A DNA stretch of 64,000 bases from Selaginella moellendorffii (GCF_000143415.4 NW_003314436.1:56279-120278); one strand, 5' to 3'. Positions 23,403 through 41,817 are shown, counted from the first letter of the stretch. Notes: generated by a model not told the origin, from the sequence alone. Program-made: numbers and translations.

Positions 23403-26400
23403 TCACTTTGGTTCCACTACTTGAGGAAATCTGCCACTGTACTGGAAGGATGAATCGTCAGACCTGAGAGACTTGGCATCGCTGTACAAGGGGCTGGCTC
23501 GCGCCTCCCTTGTGAATCCAGAGCTGGAGATGTGTGACAGTAAAATCTCGAGCTCCTTGACAACTTCGTTCATGGTTGGCCGGTTGCTAGCAGACTCGTC
23601 GACGCAGCTCAAGGCTATCTCCAAGAACTTGTCAAGATCCTCTCGAGGATAGTCTCTGAGGTATGGATCCAGCAACGGTAGAAGATAAGAGAGGCCTCCT
23701 CTGTCGAGAGCTGCTTTTACTTCGCGAACGATGTATCTACCATGCTCGATTGGCTGCTTGGCTGTGATAAGCTCCAAGAGAACAACTCCAAAGCTGTACA
23801 CGTCGCTTTTCTCTGTAAGCTGCTGTGTCATATAATACTCTGGATCCAAGTATCCCTGGAAAAGTATGGAGGAAAGTGAGAACAAATGTAGGTGCAAAAC
23901 AGTATGATCGATCTTACCAGAGTTCCTTTCACTTGTGTCGAAACATGGCCTTTGCCATCTGTTTGTGGAACAAGCTTGGACAGCCCAAAGTCAGCGACCT
24001 TGGCAACGAACTTTTCATCCAAAAGGATGTTGCTTGATTTTATATCCCTGTGAATAATTNNNNNNNNNNNNNNNNNNNNNNNNNNNNNNNNNNNNNNNNN
24101 NNNNNNNNNNNNNNNNNNNNNNNNNNNNNNNNNNNNNNNNNNNNNNNNNNNNNNNNNNNTCTGTGAAAAGAAAAAAGTTGACGCGTCTTTAGAAATCACT
24201 TTGCTATGTACCTGGCAGGTGCTCTCTTATTGTTCCATTCGGCATGTACTCGTAGACCAGCATTTGCTCTCCACTCTCGTAGCAAAAGCCGATAAGTCCG
24301 ACAAGGTTCCTGTGGTGTACGCGAGATAACAGCTCAATCTCGTTCTTAAACTCGCCTGCGCCTTGCAATGACCCTTCTTGAGCTCTTTTTATCGCAACCT
24401 CCTCTCCAGTCGACAAAGTTCCTTTGTAAACTTTCCCATACCCGCCAGATCCTATCTCACTGCTGCTGATGAAATTATTCGTAGCTTTCTTCAGCTCCGC
24501 AATGGAAAAGAATCGAGCTCCCTTAAGTTGTGGAGCAGTGCCGCTGTCTTTTCCACGGCTTCCCCAAGATGCTGTTCACAAGGCATGATTAGCAAGGAAA
24601 TCTTTAGTCTGCACTTACCAAAAGGATTGGAAACTATGGCCTTGTCTGCTCTTCTCTTCTGCTTATATGCATAGATCCCGATGAATATCACGATGATGGC
24701 GGCAAGCAGAACAGCAACAATAATTCCCACGACGACAGCAGTACTGATCCCATGCTTTTCTCCCTCTTCGCCTATAAAGTTCACGAGAAGACTTAGTATG
24801 TTGGAGAGAGAAAGTATTACCTATCGGGGGGGGTCGGACGATCAGCGAGTATGGACCAAAGTAGTCCAAGTTAAGCTGGTGCATACTGATCTGGCTGTAT
24901 ATAAATGAAGCGCTGTCTCTGCTCACACGAAGCTGTATAAAAACTTCAACCAGCAGCCTTTTGTCGCTCGTGAAGTTTGCAGTGTCCACCCAGACTTGGT
25001 CGGGAGACAAACTGAGTCCATCATAGAGCGACTTCCTGAGAATGTTGGCCCTGTCTGTGGTCATACTTGAAAAAGTCGGGGCATTGAACTGGAATCTGAA
25101 GTTGAGCGGCAAACCGCAGGAGCACGTATTGGGATTTAGCGCCTGTTGACCAGAGCAGGAATTTGCGCAGGTAACATTTTCTTTCCATGGTGTCAATAGT
25201 TTGCTTGCACATACTACATCGGACAGCCTACCGCCATCACAAACTGGATTCCCTGCCAGGCTGCAGCAACATTTCACCACAATAAGATGAATGACATGCT
25301 GGAACAGACGCTTACGAAAGAGTAAACACGCCACTCCCGATGTTCAGGTTTGTGATCTTATTGTTATCCAGCTGGACCTTAACAAGGGATGGTGAAGCAC
25401 CCGTGAAATCTACCGTCCCATTTATGCTGTTGCCAGTCAAGGAGCTGTGAAGATGTGATTAGTTTCCGTGGATATTTAGTGTAATATACTTACACAGACT
25501 CCAACCTAGCGAACTGAAAGAACCCGTCTGGAATGGGACCAATCAAGTTGCCATCGTTGATTTCTCTGCAGATTAAGAGATGTTAAGTTCAAACAAAAAC
25601 TAACAAAATTCACCTACATTGTCTGGAGTCCAGTCAAGCCTGCAAATGATGGAACTGGCTGAGGAGAAAAGGAGTTGTTTCCAACGCTTCTGTTATGCAT
25701 ACACACATGCATCAGGTCCACTCCAAGTTAAGAAGAAATATTACATTAGTTGGAGAGCTTTCAACCCGCTTAGATCAGGTAACGTTCCAGTAAAAGCGTT
25801 ATCATTGGTGTTTCTGTAAATGAAACAAAACTTGAGTGCACAGTAGTAACTATATTAGCTATTTACATTTCAAAGAGGGTTGATATCCGCCCCAAACTGC
25901 TCGGCAGTGATCCAGTAAATTGATTTTTGTCAAGTCTCCTGAAAATACACTATTACACGAGATCGTATTCTAGCTATCAACGACTTACATAATGGTCAGC
26001 TTGGAAAAGTTTCCAATTTCATCGGGAACTTCTCCAGAGAAGCCGTTATTGTCCAGTAACCTGAAGGACAACAGGTCCAAAAACCTCCAAGAAAATGAGA
26101 AAGATACGTACAAGTGCTTGAGTTCAGGTAAGAAACATATTTCTGGCGGAATGGAACCTGTGAACTTGTTACTGTTCAAGTGGCTACAAAAAAATAAATA
26201 AAAATAAACACAAAGTTAGAAGGTACACTAACACGCACGGTCTCTTACAAGTGAACTGCCGCTGTCAAGTTATCAAGCCCAATGTTTTGAGAGTTTCCAG
26301 ATGAGACAGGCAGTGGGCCAGCGATTTGATTTTGTGCCAGATCAAACCAGTAGACTGACGAAAGCCTTCCCAGTTCTGGAGGAATCACACCGCTTAACTT

Positions 26401-27150
26401 ATTCATGTTCAAGGCCCTGGCAAGGTTTGTTACGGTGTTAAATCAACGAGAGCGAGATGAAACAAGCTTACAAAAATCTGAGGCTCTTCAGCCCTCCAAT
26501 CTCGAACGGAATATCTCCAGTGAAGCCACACGATTGCAAGTTTCTAAAGCAGATGAGCGTCAGCAAAACGGAAATGCTAACTAAAGAACTGTACAAGAAT
26601 TCCAGTTTCGTCAGCTGGCCCAAAGTTTTGGGAAGAGGCCCAGTCAGGTCGGGATTAAACGACAAATCCCTGCGAACACAAAACAAGTGTGAGCTTTGTC
26701 GCTGGTGAAAGTCGAAAAGGAGAGAGAGAGAGAGAGAGAGAGAGCTCACAGTGTTTGGAGATTTGCAAGGTTTCCAATCGACAGTGGCAGCTGCCCGGCT
26801 ATATTCATGTTGTTCAGTATCCTATAAAAGAAAAGAATATCCTATAGATCGAAGAAGACATGGAAGAAAGACAAACTTACAACTTGGTCACGTTGTATGA
26901 ATTGCACGAAACTCCAATCCACCGAGATCCACACGGATCACCACCACTCCACTGCAAATTGGCATTGCGAAAGCCCCGTGACACGAGCCTCAGCGCAGAC
27001 GCTGCGATAGAATCAATCAGACAAGAACAATCGTCAGCACCAAACTTTTCCACTCAACCAAGAATGCCTACTGTCAGATTCGAACGTGGAGGGAGAAGCT
27101 CGATGGATGATGACACCAAGAACAAGGAACCACAGCGCAATCCACTCCAT
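23403..27150 (-). CDS. LRR-VIII-1 receptor-like kinase (HPCA1/CARD1-like), copy 1; multi-exon, spans an assembly gap
   Basis: Signal peptide [15 protein letters not shown]; 72-nt LRR exons; Cxxx[13 protein letters not shown]; TM helix; kinase motifs [46 protein letters not shown]. Confidence 0.9.
24060..24159. other. Assembly gap (100 N) inside a kinase exon
   Basis: N run; the paralogues suggest about 31 codons are hidden. Confidence 0.99.
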
Positions 27151-27771
27151 GGCACCGCGGCCGTGCCTATCACGGCATTTGTAACCCCAGGAGCTGGAAA
27201 TTTCCGGAAAATCTGCCCTGTTTCTACACGATTGATCGAGAAAGCCCTGAGTGAAATCCCCGGAGAGCTGCTTACCGCCAGAGATTGGACGGCAATGTAG
27301 CGCCGCGCATCCACGAAATCCAAGCGCTCTCTCTCTCTCTCTCACGCTCGAGAGCTCGTGTCACATCCAATTCAATTCAATTCAATAGCTGACGTGGAAT
27401 AACCCCGTGACGTGTGTGGCAAAAGAACTAGCTCTGTAAATCCACGTGGCATAAGAACCAGCCGCTGGATCCTCGCTCGATTGACTCAAGCGTTATTTAC
27501 AGCAATTCTGTTATTCCACTAATTGTTTTTAATACGTGGGACTTTGACCTGCTGTGGCCAGCTTGTAAACGTGTAGTTAAAAACTCTAGTTAACTATCTT
27601 ACAGTTAAAAAATCTAATTAACTAACTTAAAGTTTACATTGCATTTTCTGACTTACGACAGAAAGGGATTAACCCCCTGTAGAAAGGTGGAGCTTATGCT
27701 TCCATGAAACACAAAAGCCAAAGATCCACTGATGATAATTTGGTATATTTTGCCACATCAATCATCTAATC

Positions 27772-27871
27772 NNNNNNNNNNNNNNNNNNNNNNNNNNNNN
27801 NNNNNNNNNNNNNNNNNNNNNNNNNNNNNNNNNNNNNNNNNNNNNNNNNNNNNNNNNNNNNNNNNNNNNNN
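27772..27871. other. Assembly gap (100 N)
   Basis: N run. Confidence 0.99.
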
Positions 27872-27924
27872 ACTTTTTCATTCATTACTATTATTTATAT
27901 AGCAAAGAATTTTACATTTATGCG

Positions 27925-30900
27925 CTACTTGGGAAGCACATTGGACTGGAAGATCCCGCTATAAGCAAACTCTGGATCGTTGCCACGCGAGAGAACGTCT
28001 GTATCGTCATACAAACTTCCATCTCTGGTTCCGCTAAACTCAAACCCATTGCCGCTAGCGTCGTTGCCGTCAATGAGGAGCAAGAGCTCGAGCTGCTTCA
28101 CGACTTGGCCCATGCTTGGCCTGTTGGCCCCCGCCTCTTCGACGCACTGGAGTGCCAAGTCCACAAACTTGATGAGATCGCTCTGTGGAACGTTCTCCAG
28201 GTTGGGATCCAGTAAAGCTCCGAGAGCCGTCAAGCCACCCCTGTCCAGAGCTGTTTTCACCTCTCTCACGATGTATTTCCCGCGAGAGATCGGCTGCCGC
28301 GCTGTTAGAAGCTCCAAGAGCACCACACCGAAGCTGTAGACGTCGCTCTTCTCGGTGAGCTGCTGCGTCATGTAATACTCTGGATCGATGTATCCCTGTG
28401 TGGAAGAGAGCAATCAAAACAAAACAAAGACAAGAAAAAAGAAGAAAGTTTTTGCTTACCAGTGTTCCTTTGACTTGTGTTATAGAGGCGTGAGCCCTGT
28501 CCTCCTTTCCCAGCCCGAAGTCAGCAACCTTGGCTTTCAGATTCTCGTCGAGTAAGATGTTGCCTGACTTGATGTCTCTGTGGATGATAGAAGGACTGGC
28601 AAGTTCGTGGAGGTAAGCCAGACCTTTGGCTGAATCAAGAGCAATCTCGACGCGTTTGTTCCAGCTGAGGTGCCTTGAATTTGCTGCAAACAAGATAAGG
28701 AACCATCAAAACACATTCGAAAAAGTAAAAAACAGTTATGTTTACTACCAAGATGATCTCTCAAGCTGCCGCTCGCCATGTATTCATAAACGAGCATCTG
28801 TGATCCTTGCTCGTAGGAGAATCCAATGAGGCCAACGAGGTTTCTGTGGTGCACCCGCGATAGAAGTTCGATCTCAGTCTTAAACTCGCCGCTGCCTTGC
28901 ATGGATCCTTCCTCAGCTTTCTTGATTGCGACTTCTTCTCCTGTTACTAAAACACCTTTGTACACCTGGAAGAAGCAGGTTAAAATAAGTAGAAGTTTCA
29001 AAAACAGTCACCTTTCCATAGCCTCCAGAGCCAATCTCATTTGCACTGCTGAAATTATTCGTCGCCTTATTAAGTTCGTGGAGTGAGAAATATCGAGCAC
29101 CTTTGAGCTTTGGTGCGCTTCCGCTTTTTCCCATTGATCCCCAAGAAGCTGTAAGTCATATTTGTTACTCGGATCCCCTAAGAGCGGCAAAAACTTACTG
29201 AATGGTTTGGATAGTGCTTTGTCTGCTCTTTTCTTCTGGAACATAGCATAAGTGACAGCCGCAACTACAGCCAGGACTACCGCAACTGCTCCAACTGAGA
29301 TCCCAGCAACTGCACCTTTGCTAAGACTTGATTTTTTTGCAGCAATATTACCTGATAATGAACAAGACATCAGGACAGAAAACACTCGAGACTTGAAAAT
29401 TACCTCCAAGTGCAAAAGCCGAGATGACAGAATAAGGCCCGAATTCCGCTGGAAAACTAGCATTTGTATGGAGAGCAATTCGCGTAAGTATCTTCTCAGA
29501 CTCCCTGTACTCCATCTTGTCCTTTCCTTTCTCAGGAAACACATAAACTATAACTTGAAGTCGATAGCTTGACATCCATGCAGCACCTCCTACCGTCACC
29601 CGTTCCGGAGCTACGAGAGTTTGATAAGAGACGTTTGCTTTGACAGTATTCATTCTGTCCTGGCTGATGTCCGAGAAGGATGGAGCATTGAACTGGAAGA
29701 TGATAGTGACAGGGAAAGCACACGAACACAGTTCCAGATTCCGGAGCTTGCCGTCGGTACAAGTGATTGAACAGGTTTGATTGGTAGAGTTCCAAGTTGG
29801 TGAGATTATTGGCGCGCAGACAGCTTGGGACAGATGAAAGCTATTGTCGCTACAAACTGGATTTCCCACCAGGCTGCATGAAACATGCTTAGGATGAAAA
29901 AAGAAAGATTTAAACACATACGAGAGATTGAAGCTGTCAACAATGCCTATAGCTTGAGTGATCATGTTGCCGTTCAAGTTTACAGACTTTAGTCGCTTTA
30001 CAGTACTCGGAAAAGTGACTGTTCCTGATAGCTGATTATTAGAAAGAGAGCTGACATAAAAGAAAAAATCTTAGACTTGATAATAAAATAGATTTCCTTA
30101 CACAGATTCTAGTGCCGGAAGCGCAAAGAGGCCATCTGGAATCGTCCCATTCAGAAACCCCTTGTCAATTTTCCTTTACGAACAACAACCAGTTATTATA
30201 AAATGAAGGAAGTTGGCACTCACAATGTTTGCAAGTTTGTGAGATTTGAAATGCCCGGCGGAAACGGTTGAGGGCCATAAACGTTTTCACCCACATTTCT
30301 GAAAATTCCAACTGCATGAGTACAAAAAGGAGAAGGTTTTGCTTACAAAAGCAGTATGCCCTTCAGAGCAGAAAAATCTGGCAGAGTACCCACTAGACTG
30401 TTGTTGGCAAGGTGCCTGTAACAGTCATTCGTATCAATGAGCATCAAATTCAACACATTAACTTACAGTTCCAAAAGCTTTGGTATCTGATTGATAGTAG
30501 CGGGAATGGTACCTTGAACACGATTATTGTCAACCCTCCTGATAATAAAAATTATTGTCAGCTTTAAGCACCACCAAATAGCAAAACTTACAAAATCTCC
30601 AAAGCCGCAAAGTTTCCGTACTCCACTGGAATTTCTCCAGTGAGAGCGTTGTTTTCAACCATCCTACATCCAAAAAATAAATTCTGGAAGAAATTGGAAC
30701 AAGAAGGAAAGCACTAACAAGTGTCTAAGAAACTTTAGCGTCGCAAGTTCCTTGGGTAGACTTCCTGATATTGAGTTGTTGAAAAGATGGCTATGTCGCA
30801 ACAAAACGATATGAGGAAAGGACCATCAAATCAAAGCTACTTACATGTGAACAACGCTGGTGAGGTTGTCGAGGCCAATATTTTGAGGAACTGACGTAGA

Positions 30901-31747
30901 AACTGGCAGCGGACCAGTAAGACCATTTTGTGCGATGTCAAACCAAGTAACATTCGGGAAGCCACCAAGCTCCGGAGGAATACTTCCTGTCAATTTGTTC
31001 ATGTTTAACGCACTGATAGACAACCTTTGTCAGCACCGAAAGCAGCAATTCTCTTGCTGAAGCTTACAAGAACTTCATGTTTTTGAGAAGCCCAAGCTCT
31101 TTTGGCACTGATCCATAAAAGTTGCATCCTTGCAAACTCCTGCCAGGAATAGGTTGGTTTTAAAACGGGAGATGGAAAAAGACGGGTACTCACAAGTATT
31201 GCAAGTTTGTCAGCCGGCCGAGCTCTTTTGGAATCTCTCCTGTCAATTGTGGGTTGAAGGAAAGGTCCCTACAGTCCTTAGACAGATTAATAAGATCACG
31301 AACAACGAGAGACTGTTTCTTACAGGGCCACTAAATCGGTGAGATCTCCAATAGCGGATGATAGTGTGCCAGTTATGTCTCCTCGGTTGGAAATCCTGCC
31401 AGAAACCCAGTAAGTATGAGCCGATCTGAGAGGAAAGTGCTTACAATCGTATAACCGAGTTTGTGCTGTTGTTACACACAACTCCCCGCCAGGAAGAGCC
31501 ACAGGGATCATAATCCGTCCAGTTGAGATGGGTTGATTGCCAGTTCTTGAAAAGGAGCTGCAAAGCAGCAACTGGAAGAAGGAAGAACAGAAGAAAAAAA
31601 AAACGAAGATTAGTCTCCAAAGGAAGAAAGAAGAAGAAAAAAAATCCACTGAAGCTGACCATCTCGAGTATTAGTAGCTCCCAGTACGTGGAGAAGAAAT
31701 CGCCCAAAAATCCACAATGCTAGTCCCAGCCTCCTCCTCCACTCCAT
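27925..31747 (-). CDS. LRR-VIII-1 receptor-like kinase (HPCA1/CARD1-like), copy 2
   Basis: ATG 31747 [29 protein letters not shown]; [16 protein letters not shown]; LRR exons; CSITC..CSCAFP..FNAPSFS; TM helix; complete RD kinase. Confidence 0.92.
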
Positions 31748-32380
31748 TCCCAGCTCTCAATCACTCCCTGGAACAAGACATTTCTCACAAAACAATTCAA
31801 CGCTTTCCTTACTGGTACTATCCTCTACCAAGTCAACCTACGTGAGGACATGCTTACCCTGTCACTCACGACGCCAAGTTGATCGATTAAATCCCTGGAC
31901 GACCGAGCCAGTCGCGCAATAGTGCCAGATCGAAGCGGCGCCACTGTGGATGGAAGCGACAAGCGCGTAGCACCAGCAGGGCCCCTGCCGCTCGTAGCTG
32001 CCGGCATTGCGCTATCTCTTTCCATCCCGCCCTAGCTCAATACAAAATTCTCACTCTTGGGAACGGACGGCCTGGATTTGACTGCACGGATCGACGGCAT
32101 AGAATGTACTTGATTAGAAGGGGAGAAAGAGTCAAAGCGCGAGAGTTTTGTTAGCGCGCAGTGGTCAAAAGATTGGATCGTCCTTCGCAAAGCCGCGATT
32201 TGACTCGGCTGCGCAGTCATCTTCGTTCATTCAAATCCGGGTTCTGTGACTGGGTCTTTGCGAAAGTCCGTGCTAGAACACTAAATGCGCGAGCGGAGCT
32301 TGAGGGCCGGGTGGATTCCATCGCTTCGAGGTGCCCAAGAGGGAATTTTCGCCAGGTAGCCGGGAAGATTGATCAGGGAC

Positions 32381-36662
<4,282 letters not shown>

Positions 36663-37689
36663 TTCTTCTCCAGTCACATTTTCAAATTGGACGGTCGAGA
36701 TCAAGAGCTTAGCTCAATGGACGGATTGGATGACACTTTCGCGAAGAACCCAAAAACAGGGCAATGGCTAAGCTTTGGCTGTTGTGCGGCTTCAGGGCTC
36801 GCTGTTGCTGCTGCTGTAACATACGAATTTTGTATAGGTTGAAATACATTGAGAACTTGATCTTTACAAATTTATAAAATACATATGAGTTCATATGAAA
36901 TATCATAAATCACGTAACGAATGTAGCATTCACCTCCTAATGAACAAGATCTTGCTCCTAAGACTAAAGGAGGAGTATTAAATAAAATATAACTTTTCAC
37001 TTTCACTAGTTATTCTCTTGTTAAGATTCTTTAAAATTTACCTAGTAATTCACAAATACTATATAAAGATTGAGAGGTTAATGTATTAGTAATAATAATA
37101 TGAAAAAAACTCAAAATTTCTCATGCTTGTAAGTATGGTTCTTGGTGTTCAGTTATACCTTCTCCCAAAAATTGAACTTTATATCTTTAGATTCATCACA
37201 AAGAGGTGTATAAAGCTTTTATATTGAAAAAAATTATAAAAAATTAAAAATTTGATGATTATTCTTACTGATAATATCAAGAATTGATCATATCAAAGAT
37301 CTTCCCTTTCTCAATCACCATTAAGAAGTCATATTCCTACAAAAGAAGGATCCTTGATGACTATTGCTAGAATTAGACTTATTTAGAGGCAGCAAACTAA
37401 TGTGTGATAATTGATATTTTTCAATAAAATTTGAATTCAGCATTTGATTAAGTTTGGTAATTTTAGGTAGGAAGTGATGATGAAGGTAATTGAATATGAT
37501 TGAACCATAAATTTTATGGGATTTGTAACTGTAATTCTTTTATAATTAGCCAAACAAGGAGATAAATTGTGCAGTTATTCTAACAAGTGTTAAAGTCCTT
37601 GCTAGTGTCTTTGTTCACCTATGAGTGTGAAGAAGATTTATAAACATAATTAAAGAAATAAATAATACTATATAATAATTGTCAGAAAT

Positions 37690-38790
37690 AACACTATTGT
37701 AGTGTATGTGACTATGGGATAAAATTTAAATATATTGTCACGGTAGATCCTTGAACCTTGGGGGATAAATAGGGATAAAATAACCACTAAATGCTCTCTC
37801 ATCAAATAATTACCTTTTTTCCACTTGATTTAAAAAGAAAAAGATAGAGTATCTTATATAACAAATGGCATAGGTTTATTATACTCTTGAGTAAAGTATA
37901 TTTTTACTCTTAAATTTGAAATTATATGTATTGAGAATCCATCGTATCAACCACAGGATATTTTCCCAAGAAGTGGAAGATTTGGCTCTAAAATTTTTAG
38001 AAATTCCAAAATGAGCTTTTATATCAAGTTTTAAATTGGATAGTAGGGTGAGAGTTTAACTTAATAAAAATATTTGACCATGCAAAGAACTGTGGGATAT
38101 TTCCCCAAGAAAAAGTGGAAAATTTGGCTTTAAAATTTTTAGAATTTCCAAAATAAGCTTTTATATCAAGTTTTAAATTGGATGGTAGGGTGAACGTTCA
38201 ATTTAATAGAGATTTGACATGCAAAGTACCCTAGAAATAGGGCACTCATATCCAATCTCGTATGAACTCTCATGAACTTTTGACAGATTTAACTAAGAAT
38301 TAAAAATATTTATTCATATTTTTTTAAAGTATTTAGAAGTTTATAAAATGTGAATATATTATTTAGTATGAAATATCATAGACTATCTAAACTCTTTATA
38401 AGCTAGGAATGCCATATGTTGCCTCATCAATAAAATAAGATTTATTTTGATTTGGATCTTTTATTGAAACATGGCTAATTAAACAAGTAAACTTTTCATT
38501 ATAGTCTCTAAGCATCATTTTCCCCAATTGGAAGTGTCAAAGTTCTATATAAGCATTTTCTATGTCATAGTGCAAAGTAAAATGTAAATGAAAAGCAATC
38601 TCACACTTATCTATGGTAGGCTATAATGCACTTTATCCCTCTTCTATTAAGTTAATTAAAAAATAGACAACTACTTAATGAGATAAGTTATTTTATCCAT
38701 ATATATCCCTTAAGGTTTCATGGATTCATTGTGAGTAATATATTGAAATCTTATCTCATGACCACACATATTACATAAATACCAAAGGTT
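37690..38790. mobile_element. Non-autonomous long-TIR (Mutator/foldback-like) element, ~1.1 kb
   Basis: ~37690-37880 is an imperfect reverse complement of ~38600-38790; internal ~135-bp tandem duplication (37955-38085 / 38095-38225). Confidence 0.6.
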
Positions 38791-39883
38791 TTATTTGCAA
38801 CATAAACCAATTCCACCATAAAAAAACCCAACAACCAAAAACCTTTTTATATTGACTAGTTAAGCCAAATACTCATTCAACTAAAAAAAATTAAAACATT
38901 AAATTAATCCACCAAGGAAGCCTTACCTAAAGCACCATTACCTATAAACTTAAATGTTTTGACATGTCTACGTATTGTAGTAAATATGCTATGCATCTTT
39001 GTAAATAACTAAAAAGAATAATTTAAAAGATCATTCATTAAAATTGAAATATAAAAGGGAAGTGAATATTCTCTTTTTCCAATTAGTTAAGGGTATTAAG
39101 ATATTTAAGATAAATATCTTTGGGTTTAAGTAATATTGAGTTATATAACTTCTAAACTTAAGAGTTTAAATACTTTTTTTGTGTGACCCTTTAATGTTTG
39201 AAAGAGGCTCTCCTCTCCACCATACCTTACTTTGACCTTGGACCCATGTTGACTACGTGGTCAAAGCTAATGTTTAACACTTTGAGCTGGTGTTGGAGAG
39301 GCTGACATGATCTTCACTTTCATAGCTTCTAGCCAGCTTTTCTTCATCAAGGGGCTTGTGAATGACTTTCCTCTACTTCCTAATAGTGGAATTTATTATA
39401 TTATTAGAGCTTGTATGGAATAGCACAATCAACTACTCAAGGTTTTCTTACCACCTAGTTTGCTGCCACTACTTCCTTGTTATCATGTATGTTGAAAAAT
39501 TTAGAGGATAAAGTTCAAGGTAAGGAGAGACTCTCCACAGCCAATCATGAATTTATGAGCTTTTGAGTGAGCAAAGCAAGAATAGGAAGTTGTATCAAAA
39601 GATGTGAAAGAACACCTTGGACAACATGAAGTTCCTCAAATGAACAAATACTTTAAATGGGTTGTAGAGGCATTTAAAATGCAATTGCATTGAGAAAGGA
39701 TGTTTGATCTCTACCAACATATCCTTATCCAATTTGCACACTAGAGATTTAACTTTAGTTTGTATTAGCAACAAACAAGATTCTTGAATTAGAGAAAAAT
39801 TTGAATATACTTAAAATTCTTAAATATTCTAGGCATATTCGCTACTACCATCTCAACAACACAGGTCTTTCTTTTTCCTCACT

Positions 39884-41817
39884 TCAAATTAACTGTTGTC
39901 GCATGGTTTCTAGCACCATATCGTTCCAAGTATCCACCGGCCCAGGGATACACCAATGCAGGCAGTCGTTCTGGACGTGGCCCACAAACTCCTTGGAGAA
40001 AGGCTGGAAGTTCCTGTACGGCCCGGGGTGGCCATCCGGTCGAAGGTACGATATCTGTGTCACGTCCACCATGGCCACCCGGTCGGCCCGCTCCAGACCG
40101 TCAAACACCTCCCGTTGGATCCTGTGCATCTCGAACGTCAAACTGTCCGTTGGGATCGTGCGGTTGGGATGGAACGGCACAGTCCTCTTGCAGCTCCCGC
40201 CGTTATCCCACCGTCCATCCTCGAAGTGGTCCGGGGAGAAGCTCCGGAGGATGGCCAGGCCTTTGAATCCCTGGAGTTTTGGGAGCTCGACCAGGACGTG
40301 TTTGAGGATCTCGCGATACGCGAAGTAGAAGCCCAGATTTGTGATGTTGAATCCGGGGCAGTGGTGGCAGCCGATGAGCGTGTTGTTTTGGAAGAAGAGG
40401 TTGTTCTTGAAGAACCACTGCCCCGAGGAGAGGATGAGGACGTCGAATTGGGTGATGTTTGCGAGCCAGACGGGATCGAGCTTGTCCAGGAAGAGCTTGC
40501 TGTGGCCCTTTTCGATGCCGTGGGATTCGTCGTCGGTCTGGAAGGCGAGGTATGGCGACCAGAATGTGGACACGGTGAAATTGTTTGATGGGAACCACCA
40601 TCTTACGTGCCTGTCTCCCTCGTCGGTGTATGTCTTGATCGGCTTCTCGATCTGAGAGGTGGAAAAGGAAAGTTAGCAAACTTCGATCCGGCATGAAACT
40701 TAAGATGAAAACTTGGCGTTTCCAGGAAAACATGAACAAGTTGCAAACAAAGATAAAAACATAAAGAATGCTAACGAAGAAAATATAAACCATGTCCAGG
40801 TAGTTTGTAGACCACTCCAATACAAAGAAAAGATGATATAGTGAAAACGGGACTAGGCAAACTGGGGATGAAGATGCCCAAGTTCTCCATCAAACCAAGA
40901 AGCATAGTACTCAACAACAAAGGAACACACAATGAGGACTTATGCCAAACAACGAAAATGGCTAAGTTTTTGGATCACTTTAAATCATGAAAGAGGAAAT
41001 AACCGAAAGAACCAAGAACAACTTCACAGGACATGCTGAAAACTAAAGCTACAATAACCAACGAATGGAGCCTTCTAGGACAAGAACTAGCTTGGAAGAC
41101 TTGCCTGAGAGAGCGTGCAAAGCAGTGCTTGCATATGGTTTCGAGCGATGGAATCACCGACAAATGCCATGAGCTTCCCTCTCATGAGCTCGATGAAGAG
41201 CGTAGTGTTGAATCGAGGCAACTCACAGTCGTCTGGCTTCCATCTCCAAAACATATACCCATTGTCTGGCCGACCATTCTTCAAACAATTCTGGTGTCCT
41301 TGGATGTGATTACATGTCTCGTTCGAGTACGTTGGCCCGACCTCGTCAGGGATCCATTCGCCCTGGAGGAGATCACAGCCTCCTAAAATCAAAGAACTTA
41401 GATACCACGCTAGAAAAGATGGAAAAACGCTCTAACTTAGAAGTAAAGTATAGTCGAGTTACCTGATCGATGCGAAGGAAGCGCGCTGAGATTCACGGAC
41501 TGGATCATTTGCTGGAGCTCCGCCGAGAGATTTCGATCCCCTCCCATGCGCTCCGGGTAGACATGGAAGAGTGACAGCCTCACGAGCGCCAGAGGAAGAA
41601 GAACCATCAAAGCCCAGACTAAAACCAGCCTCTTGTGATGGAGGAGCTTGGCATTGCTTACTTGCGCAGAGATCCCATCGTGGCCATATCCACTCGAATC
41701 GGGCGAGCCGGGATCCAGCCTCTGTACGGTCATCTCTCTCGAAACTCGACAGTCATTCACAGATCCGGGCAGCTCAAATCTGTGTTTTGGAGTCTGGAAC
41801 CAGTTCCAGGAACCCAA
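39884..41817 (-). CDS. TBL: Trichome birefringence-like (TBL/PC-esterase) polysaccharide O-acetyltransferase; exons 41817-41463, 41382-41105, 40651-39884
   Basis: TM helix; CDLLQGEW; NCLKNGRPD..WRWKP..C; AFVGDSIARN; RPDGHP; DCLHWCIPGPVDTWN. Start could also be Met 41730. Confidence 0.92.

Noticed and set aside
39250-39720. Possible Copia RT remnant (WLEAMKSE on the minus strand)
   Set aside because: A single short motif with nothing to corroborate it.
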